Source of the DNA: Azolla caroliniana
Taxonomy: Eukaryota > Plantae > Polypodiophyta
Length of the DNA: 64,000 bases
NCBI GenBank assembly: GCA_043228905.1
Contig: JBHGNT010000003.1
Coordinates: forward strand, 21,142,001-21,206,000
Reading direction: 5' to 3'
Both the position numbers and the translations under genes were made by a program. Positions 54,829 through 64,000 of the stretch are shown here, piece by piece. Position 1 is the stretch's first letter, and the number at the start of each line of letters is the position of its first letter. The notes beneath the pieces are model-generated. The model was given only the letters and a program-made list of their open reading frames with translations. It searched no databases and was not told the origin of the DNA.

Positions 54829-57800
54829 AGAAATGACAACAACCATAACTAAAAGTTTGCACACTGATCTCATGCAAACTGATCTCATGCAAAATAGAAA
54901 TGACAACAACCATAACTAAAAGTTTGCCCTAAGTCATATTTATACTAATATGACTTTTCGGCTATTTACAAATATAGCCTCGATGGACTATCATAAACAT
55001 ATTTACGAATATGTCTCTTCATCCGGTTCTCCGTAGCCGGGTACTCCTCATCCGGTCTTCACCGGGTCTGCATCATCCGGCTCTCAGTAGCCGGATACTC
55101 CTCATCTGGTTCATAACGGGTCTGCACCATCCGGCCCTCCGTAGCCAGGTACTCCTCATCCGGTTCATACGGGGTCTGCATCATCCGGCTCTCCGTAGCG
55201 GTTTCGGCTAAGGCCGAGTTTGTTCATCGGCACTGTTCTTCTCCCTTCCCATCCGGAGGGACCTGTCTCCCAACAAACTCCCCCTTCACTTCGGCATGGG
55301 GTGTCTTACCAATCCGATTCTCTTCCGTCATGCATCCAGCTTGTCGGGTATCAGCACTTTGGTCAGCATATCTGACCCGTTCTCGGCCGTGTGGATCTTC
55401 ATCAGCGCGAACTCCTGGTCATCTACTCTTTCCCGGATCCAGTGGTACCTCCGCTGGATATGCTTCGTCCGGGAATGGTAGGCCGCATTCTTAGCAAGGT
55501 GGATGGCACCTTGACTGTCGCAATAGAGTCGGTATTCATCTTGCCGGATACCGAGCTCTCCGATGAAGTCCTTTATCCACAATATTTCCTTGCCGGCTTC
55601 CACAGCTGCCATGTACTCCGCCTCCGTGGTTGACAATGCAACCGTCTTCTGCAGTCTCAACTGCCACGAAACAGCTCCCCTGCATATGTCATTACATACC
55701 CGGATGTAGACCGGCTGGTATCCACATTAGCCGACATGTCCGAATCGGTGAAACCGTCCAGTTGAGGTTTTCCGGAGCCGAATCGGAGACACATATTTGA
55801 AGTGCCCTTCAAATACCGGAGTATCCATTTGACCGCGTTCCAGTGCTCCTTGCCGGGATTACTCATGAACCGGCTCACTACTCCGACTGCGTATCCAATG
55901 TCCGGTCGGGTACAAACCATTGCGTACATCAACCTCCCGACGGCAGAGGCATATGGAATCTTCATCATATCCGCCTTCTCTGCTTTTGTCTTCGGGCTTT
56001 GCTTATCGGATAGCTTGCAGTTTGCCGGAAGTGTCGATCCGACCGGTTTCGCATCTGACATGTTGAACCGGTGAAGCACCTTTGTCACGTACTTCTCCTG
56101 TGTCAACCATAATTGCTTCGCTGACCGGTTCCGGATGATGTGCATCCCCAACATCTGTCTTGCCGGACCCAAGCCTTTCATTGAGAAGGTCCGGTTGAGG
56201 GCCTTCTTCAGCATCCGTATTTTGACTTGATCCCGTCCGACGATCAACATGTCATCCACGTACAGAAGGAGTATCAGGAAGTCGCCTCCTTCGAACTTCT
56301 TCACAAACACGCAGTGATCGGCCTACGTCTTGTGGTACCCTTGATCGGTCATGAAGGAGTCGAACTTCCGGTACCATTGTCGGGGAGCCTGCTTCAGTCC
56401 GTACAAACTCTTCTTCAACCGGCATACAAGGTGCTCCTTCCCTTTCTCCACGAATCCTTCCGGTTGTTGCATGTAGATCTCCTCTTCGAGGTCGTCGTGA
56501 AGGAATGTCGTCTTCACGTCTAGCTGCTCTACCTCGAGGTCCATGCTTGCTACTATACTCAGCACCGTCCGGATGGAGGTCATCTTTACTACCGGGGCAA
56601 ATATCTCGTCGAAGTCCACGCCCTTCTTCTACTGGAACCCCTTCACCACGATCCTGGCTTTGTATCTCGGGGGGTTGTCGGCATCTCCCGGTTTCAACTT
56701 GTACACCCACTTGTTTCGGAGTGCCCGCTTTCCTTTCAGCAACTCCACCAATTCGTACATATGGTTTTCATGCAGGGAATCCATCTCATCCTGCATGGCA
56801 CTTAACCATTTTCGGCTGTGGGTGTCTTCCTTCGCTTCTTCGAAGCTTTCCGGCTCCCCCTAATCGATCAGTAGAACATGTTCTGCATCCGGAAATCTCC
56901 GGGGGGGCCCTTCTCTCTCTGAGAGGATATCTCCGTCTCTGGGCTTTGGTGACCGGCTCATCCATCTGCTCTTCATCCGAATCCGATTCGGGGTCTTGGC
57001 CGGTTCCGGTTTCAGCTTCCTCTACTTCTTCTTCTACCGGTTCGGTGTCCTCACCGTAACCGGCTGGTTCCTCGAGTGCTAACCGGTCTCTTGCCGGTTG
57101 GGTCTGCTCATCGTAGAGTCGATCCTTACCGGTCGACTCGGAGTTCATTATCTTCTTCTCCGACTCCCAGTCGGCGAGCGTCTTGTTCTCCATGAAGATA
57201 ATATCTCGACTCCGGAATACCTTCTTGTCGACCAAGTCCCACACTCGGTAGCCGAACTCATCGTCATCGTAACCGAGGAATATGCATGGCCGGGTCTTTG
57301 GATCTAACTTACCTCTCCGGTCCTTGGCTACATGCACGTACGCGAGACACCCGAACACCTTCAGATGCCGGTAGGATACTTCCTTACCGGTCCACACTCT
57401 CTGTGGCGTGTCTCCGTCCAAGGGTACTGAGGGTGATCTATTTATCACATATGTCGCCGTCGACAGTGCCTCAGCCCAAAACTTCTTGGGTAGTTTTGAA
57501 TGCGCTACCATACTCCAGACCCTCTCCATTATGGTTCGGTTCATCCTCTCGGCCAGTCCGTTTAGTTCCGGCGTCTTCGGCACGGTAAATTCGAGCCGGA
57601 TTCCCTTCGAGCGGCAGTACTCCTCGAACTGCCCCCGGTACTCTCCTCCGTTATCTGCTCGAACCGCCTTCAGCTTCCGGCCAGTTTCTCTTTCCACTCT
57701 CGCGTGGAGCTCTTTGAAGACGGATAACACCTGATCCTTTGTCTTCAACGGTGTGGCCCACAGCTTCCGGCTGTGGTCATCTATGAACGTCACGAAGTAC

Positions 57801-59592
57801 TGCGCTCCGGCATGTGACTTCGTGTCTACTTGACACACATCCGTATGCACCAACTCCAATGATGCATTACGTCTCATCGGTGGTCTTGGTCGGAAGGAGG
57901 TCCGGTTCTGCTTACCGGTCAGACAATCAGTGGACTTCTCTAACTGCACGTTCTTCACTGGAATGAGGTTGTCGTCTGCAAGCCTCTTCATCCCCCTCTC
58001 GCTCATATGACATAGCCTCTTGTGCCACAGCTCACCGGCAGTGTCGGATGCCACGTTCACTTCTTCCGGACATAACCGGGCATTCATCAGGTATAGTGTG
58101 GTTACCTTCCGGGCCCGAGCCACAATAACGCTCCCTTTGCTGAACTTCATGACACCGTTCCGGATGCTACCCGTGTAGCCTTCATCATCTAGCCGACCGA
58201 CTGATATCAGGTTTAGACGAACTTCCGGAACGTGTCGGACATCCTTCAGCAGCAACTTGCATCCGGTTGGTGTTGTCAGCCACACGTCTCCTATGCCGAC
58301 AATTCGGCATGTTCCTTCATTCCCCATCCGGACACAGCCGTGATCACCGGCTGAATAGGATGAGAAGCATTTCCGGTCCGGGGTAAGGTGGAACGACACT
58401 CCAGAGTCTACCACCCAGGTCATCTCGTCGCCGGAAAGGTTTATCTCACTCTCCTCGGTGATGAGCATCAACTCTTCCTCACTTGCCGCGATTGCCGTCG
58501 TTCCCTTCCGGTCCGTCCCCCTCCGGTCTTTACCGTTCCGGTTCGGGGTTTGCTTCGAATCGATACCGTCGTTCTCCTTATCTTTACGGAAATGCCGACA
58601 GTTCTTTTGGAAGTGACCCGGCTTGCCGCAATAGAAGCAAGTGGGCCTCCCCCTTGACTTTGACCGTGTCCCCGACTTCTCCCGGTTCTGGGGACTACGG
58701 TTTCTATGTCTTCCACGTTCCGATTCGGTAAGGAGCGCTTTGGAGTCGGAGCTCGTATCCTTATCTTTCCGACGCGCCTCCTCATCTAGCAGGCTCGACT
58801 TTACTCTTGCTAGGGATAACCTCTTTCCTTCCGGCCCGGCGTTGCCCAAAGTGACAACCAACGTCTCCCAGCTATCCGGGAGGGAACCGAGCAGGAGTAG
58901 CGCAAGTACCTCATCTGCAAGAGGTACTTCTAATGAAGTTGCCTGGTGGATTAGCCCCTGGAAGGCATTCATGTGCTCCGCCATGCTGGAGCCATCTTGG
59001 TACCGGAGTCTTACGAGCTTCCGGAATACCGAAACCTGGTTAACAACATTTTTGTTTTGAAACATTATACCGATCTTCTCCTAGAGCTCATGAGCCTTGC
59101 TCTCTTCATTGAAGTTGTGGTACAGGCTCATGTCGATGAAGCACCGTATGTACGCCGTTGTCTTCATGTGCATCACCTCCTATATCGCGGCATCGATTTT
59201 GTCCGGTCTCTTGTCCCCGAACTGAACCGGCAGCTAAAGGTCTTTAACCACGAGCATGTCCCTCATCTTCGACTTCCACACTGAGTAGTTGGAGCCGGTG
59301 AGCTTGAACATGCCACCAAACGATTCGTCCATTTTCTGTGTAACCTGCTCTGATACCACTTGACGGGAACTCAAACGCTCCTTATGTCCAACGCTCGGCC
59401 ACAACCGGGCGTCTTTTCATACATAGAGAAACGGGAAACAAATGCTCGACACAAATGAGAGAAATTACACAGGAGGTTTATGTGGAAAACCCCAAACTAG
59501 GGGAAAAACCACGGCAGCCCACAAGCTGCAAACTGTCACTATGTAGTAATGTACAAACAGTGAGTTCACGGAGGCAACGACCTTGTGCTCAC
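54829..59592 (-). mobile_element. Ty1/copia LTR retrotransposon (Tork-like), defective, copy 3
   Basis: gag-pol ~55286-59332 (759-aa open stretch 56786-59065); PBS 59347-59358; 3' LTR remnant up to 55275; 5' LTR remnant 59361-59592. Shares most stops and the RNaseH frameshift with copies 1 and 2. Confidence 0.95.
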
Positions 59593-60009
59593 TGTCATGA
59601 ACACATGACCATTATGGCGTCACTCGGACTTCAACCTCGAACCTTGTAATTCATACTTGAAAACCTCAACCATTAAGATAGCTTACTGTTATATGAAACA
59701 ATAAAGCTACTTCTTGTATTACATTGATTATTGTAAAAACTCTAGATTATTCTAGAATGTTCTAGAATGTCCTAGAGCATTCTAGGTCTAGAACATTCTA
59801 GAACATTCTAGAAATCTCTAAGCTATTCTATAGGAACCTATAAATAAGCGCATACATGTATTCTCAAATCAATTCGAATCAACACCAGTCTTTAGCTCTC
59901 ATTGCATATCTTGTATCCATTCTCTGTCTTTCTCTATCTTATACATACATTCTTCTCTATCCTTCTTCCATCACTCTATCTTTTATCCTTGGTTCTGACA
60001 GTTTGATTC

Positions 60010-60048
<39 letters not shown>

Positions 60049-60072
60049 CTCTTTTGTAACCATCCTGAAACC

Positions 60073-61236
60073 ATGGCTGCCATTAACTCAGAAGAATATC
60101 TCACCCTTGTTGCAGAAATGGAGAACCTTAAATCCAAGTTCGCATCTCTTGAAGTAGAGAATCAACGTCTACTTGGGGATCTACAAAAGGTCACTATAGA
60201 GAAGCAACAACAACAAGAGGAGTTCACGCGACGAGTGCAACAGTTAGAGTCGACAATCATCGTGTTACAACAACAAAGGGTTGAAGGTCAGGGACTTATC
60301 AAGGAGCCCAAAATTAGCCTCCCAGCTAAATTTGATGGGTCGAGGGCACATTTCCGAGGTTTTTTGAATCAAGTACGGTTGGTGATTCAAATGCATCCCG
60401 CACGTTATCCAACAGATGCATCACGAGTCGGGCTAGTGGGCACTTTATTGACTGGCATAGCGTTGTCGTGGTTTGCTCCATTGCTAGAGACCAATTCTCC
60501 TCTACTGAATAATTTCGAGGAATTTATCAAGGAATTTAAGTCTTGTTTCGGAGATACTGATGGGGCGGGAACAACTATCAACAAGATTCGTACACTTCGT
60601 CAAGGTGATCAACCAGCTTCAACATATGCTGCCAATTTACGTCTCATTGCAAGCGATATTCCTTGGGATGAACAAGCCCTAATGGAGCAATTCCGTTCAG
60701 GCCTTCGTAGTGATGTCAAAGACTTACTTCTTACCTTCCCCGAGGATCCAAGGTCACTTACAGAAGCTATTAGTCGAGCAATACGGTGTGATAATCGCCT
60801 TTTTGAGCGTCGATGTGAGCGACAACAACAAATAACAAGATCTAGATTCACACCAACTTATGCATCAGTAACGGCGCAATCATCCCCAAGGCAAATGTAT
60901 AGCCCTGCTCCAACTCCAAGGCAAACACGTAGTCCAGTCCCAATGGATAGTCCTACACCCATGGAGATCGATATGACTCAACGACGAGGACCGTTGTCAG
61001 ACGAAGAGAAGCAACGTCGTCGAGCAAACCATCTGTGCTTATATTGTGGAGGTCCAGGACATATAGCCATTCATTGCTCCCGTAGGCCGAGACGTCAGGT
61101 AAATCAAATTCACTATGACAATAAAAATGAGTCCAACATTTTAGAAGTAGTTAGTGAATCTAATATTATGAATAATCCACCCTTGTCCAATAAATTTGAA
61201 GTCCTAAGCCAATTAGAAGAGGAGTCAAACGAATAA
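60073..61236 (+). CDS. Gypsy Gag (387 aa)
   Basis: EPKISLPAKFDGSR...LRQG...PTPMEID...CLYCGGPGHIAIHC; sushi/PEG10-like gag. Confidence 0.9.
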   Translation: MAAINSEEYLTLVAEMENLKSKFASLEVENQRLLGDLQKVTIEKQQQQEEFTRRVQQLESTIIVLQQQRVEGQGLIKEPKISLPAKFDGSRAHFRGFLNQVRLVIQMHPARYPTDASRVGLVGTLLTGIALSWFAPLLETNSPLLNNFEEFIKEFKSCFGDTDGAGTTINKIRTLRQGDQPASTYAANLRLIASDIPWDEQALMEQFRSGLRSDVKDLLLTFPEDPRSLTEAISRAIRCDNRLFERRCERQQQITRSRFTPTYASVTAQSSPRQMYSPAPTPRQTRSPVPMDSPTPMEIDMTQRRGPLSDEEKQRRRANHLCLYCGGPGHIAIHCSRRPRRQVNQIHYDNKNESNILEVVSESNIMNNPPLSNKFEVLSQLEEESNE

Positions 61237-63222
61237 GTTCGGCCAAAATAGGAGCCATTTGGTTGGACAACCCTAGATATGTACAACCTAGTGTGGGTTC
61301 CATTTCTTTCAAGCATGTTAGTAGAGTCTTCTCAGCCCTAGTACAAGTTAGGACACCCAATTGTCAACTTCAAGTCCAAGCCCTCTTAGATACTAGAGCC
61401 AATTCTTGTTTCATGGATAGAGATTTTGCCCAAAAACACCAAATATCCTTGCATACACTTCCTTGTCCAGTTTCCGTAGTAGTGATTGATGGATGCCCCA
61501 TAGCTTCCGGGAAGATATTTGAAGAGTCTGAGCCAATACACATACTCTTGGGTGATTTAGGATGTGTAGTTTCCTTTAACATAATCCGTAGTCCTGAGCA
61601 TCCAATTGTCCTCGGTTTGCCATGGTTCGAGCTACATAACCCTAGAATCGATTGGAGGAAGCGAGAAATTAGGTGCCCTTTAGCAGAAAATATCATTGTC
61701 AAGGATCGAACTCGGGATTATCCTCCCAAAGTATATAGTTCTACCGATGCACCATATCCTTCTCATAAAATTTCAGCCATCACATTGCAACAATTGCACC
61801 AAGTGGGAGGCAAGGAGGACCTTTTCTTATTTGCAGTATCAGTGACACCTTCTAGTGTCACTCAAGGGAATTCAGACATCCAAATTCCCAAAAAATATCA
61901 AGACTATGCTGATGTTTTCGACAAAGTCAAAGCTAGTGTTCTTCCAAAGCATCGGCCGTACGACTGTCCTATTGATCTCCAACCAGGAAAAGAGCCTCCG
62001 TGGGGTCCGATTTACAATTTATCACCCACTGAGCTTGAGGTTCTTCGAGAATACATCGAGGAAAATCTTGCACATGGGTTTATTCGACATTCAAAGTCTC
62101 CAGCTGGTGCTCCTATCTTTTTTGTGAAGAAAAAGGACGGCTCCCTTCGTTTGGTCGTGGACTATCGAGGCTTAAATAAAGTCACCATAAGGAACAGATA
62201 TGCTTTACCTTTAATCTCCAATCTCTTAGAACGCATTGGTGGGGCAAAGCATTTTACCAAAATTGATCTAAGGGGTGCATATAATCTTGTTCGAATTCGA
62301 CCGGGAGATGAGTGGAAAACAACATTTCGTACTTGGTGTGGTCATTTCGAGTATACAGTCATGCCTTTTGGGCTCACAAATGCACCTGCCGTATTCCAAC
62401 ATATGGCAAATGACATCTTCCGGGATTTCTTGGATATTTTTCTAATCATCTACCTAGATGATCTATTGATTTACTCTAAAACACAGGGGGAGCATGATAT
62501 ACATGTGCGGCAAGTACTTGAACGCCTAAGGAAGTATGGTCTTTACGCCAAACTTGAGAAATGCAGTTTTGATTGCAAACAAGTCGAATTTTTGGGATAC
62601 ACTATTTCATCCCAGGGTGTTTTCATGGACCCGACAAAAGTCCAAACAATATTGGAATGGAAACCCCCATGCTCAGTTCGGGATGTCCAGTGTTTCCTCG
62701 GATTTGCGAACTTCTATCGCAAATTCATACATAATTATTCAAGCATTGTGTTGCCCCTTACTCGACTCACCAAGAAAAATCAAGCATTTTTTTGGAGTAT
62801 CGAAGCGGACAAGGCTTTTACGCAGCTGAAAGAGGCATTCACATCAGCACCCATCCTAGCACATATTGATCCTGAAAAGCCATTTACTATTGAGGCGGAT
62901 GCATCAGACTTTGCATTGGGGAGTATCCTATCGCAACCAGGCGAGGACGGGCAGATACATCCAGTCGCGTTTCACTCGAGAAAGTTTACTGTTTCGGAGA
63001 TAAACTATGAGGTGCATGACAAGGAGTTACTAGCTGTGGTCGACTCATTCGAGCAATGGTGTCATTTTCTAGAAAGATCACCTCATCAGATTATCATTTA
63101 TAGTGATTACAAAAATCTCACATATTTTCAAACAGCTCGAGTATTAAATAGACGACAAGCTCGGTGGGCCCAATTTCTAACGCATTTCGATTTCAAGATC
63201 ATTTTTCGCCCCGGAAAACAAC
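61200..63222 (+). CDS. Gypsy Pol (protease-RT-RNaseH), truncated before the integrase by an insertion
   Basis: Lies in the -1 frame relative to gag and is open from 61200. ALLDTRAN (protease DTG altered), LRLVVDYRGLN, MPFGLTNAP, YLDD, DASDFALG, KELLAVV. Confidence 0.88.
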
Positions 63223-64000
63223 TGTTGGAAGACAGGTCCCTCCGGATGGGGAGAACCCGACTTCGGAGAGTCGGATGGTGTAGGCCCGGTATGAACTGGA
63301 TGGGGAGAACCCGACTTCGGAGAGTCGGATGGTGTAGGCCCGGTATGAACCGGATGGGGAGAACCTGACTTCGGAGAGTCGGATGGTGTAGGCCCGGTAT
63401 GAACCGGATGGGGAGAACCCGACTTCGGAGAGTCGGATGGTGTAGGCCCGGTATGAACCGGATGAGGAGAACCCGACTTCGGAGAGTCGGATGGTGTAGG
63501 CCCGGTATGAACCGGATGAGGAGTACCCGACTGCGGAGAGTCGGATGGTGTAGGCCCGGTATGAACCGGATGAGTAGTACCCGACTGCGGAGAGCCGGAT
63601 GGAGCCCATCGAGGCTACATTTGTAAATAGCCGAAAAGTCATATTAGTATAAATATGACTTAGGGCAAACTTGTAGTTGTTGTCGTTTCTGTGATTATTC
63701 TTCCTTGTTGGTGTAAGAAGAAATCAGAGCGCGTAACTGTACAGAGAGAGAGAGAGAGAGAGAGAGACGAGGTCGTTGCCTCTGTTGTAACCGCCGCCTA
63801 TGGCGAAGATCTGAGAGCACGAGGTCGTTGCCTCAGTGATCTCACTGTTGTATATTTCTGCATAGTGACAGTTTGCAGCTTGTGGGCTGCCGTGGTTTTT
63901 CCCCTATTTTGGGGTTTTCCACGTATACCTCCTGTGTACCATTTCTCCTCTTTTGTATCGCGTTTCATTACCTGTTTTTCTGTGTATGAAAAGAATCTCG
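63223..64000 (+). mobile_element. LTR of a copia element of the same family as copies 1-3, inserted into gypsy pol (continues past the window)
   Basis: Starts TGTTGGAAGACAGGTCCCTCCGGATGG, matching the start of the 3' LTR read from 7475 on the minus strand; TATAAATA 63648-63655; (GA)n tract; distal part matches the LTR remnant 11559-11790. Confidence 0.9.
63244..63602. repeat. 54-bp tandem repeats (~6.6 copies) in LTR U3
   Basis: Unit ggatggggagaacccgacttcggagagtcggatggtgtaggcccggtatgaacc. Confidence 0.95.

Larger units (their letters stand above)
59593..63222 (+). mobile_element. Ty3/gypsy LTR retrotransposon (Tf1/sushi/Tcn1-like), nested in the copia 5' LTR and itself interrupted at 63222
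   Basis: LTR 59593-60000 with TGTCA...TGACA termini, HSE array 59749-59813 and TATAAATA 59839-59846; gag and pol follow in PR-RT-RH order. Clade assignment is by remembered motif similarity. Confidence 0.92.

Noticed and set aside
63244-63602. Regular repeats resembling a CRISPR array or a repeat protein (RMGRTRLRRVGWCRPGMN)
   Set aside because: Head-to-tail 54-bp units with no unique spacers, inside a copia LTR; the ORF extension is an artefact of the insertion.

Overview
Eukaryotic (land-plant) genomic DNA; a non-seed plant such as a fern is suggested only by the TE lineages (inference). The window is a tandem array (period about 23.18 kb) built around an intron-containing inositol-1,3,4,5,6-pentakisphosphate 2-kinase (IPK1) gene on the minus strand. 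There are three direct copies: A1 (exons 1-5, running off the left edge), A2 (complete, 7 coding exons, 489 aa, 21785-28136) and A3 (frameshifted, start codon deleted). Upstream of each copy lies the same dead Ty1/copia element, whose 5' LTR is interrupted by a Ty3/gypsy element. In units 1 and 2 the gypsy LTR is cut off inside a heat-shock-element array and fused to a roughly 3.5-kb inverted (plus-strand) fragment of IPK1. That fragment is joined head-on to what looks like the promoter/5'-UTR of an unrelated minus-strand gene, so this promoter would transcribe IPK1 antisense. This is a candidate natural antisense/hairpin-siRNA locus for phytate (InsP6) synthesis. The intact gypsy LTR in unit 3 shows an HSE array, a TATA box and a Tf1-type self-priming PBS. 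Other content: a second copia lacking RT/RNaseH with LTRs and TSD, a nested copia LTR with 54-bp repeats, a LINE 3' fragment, a gypsy RT relic, tRNA-like sequences and minisatellites. All coordinates and alignments were read by eye; expression and small-RNA claims are hypotheses.
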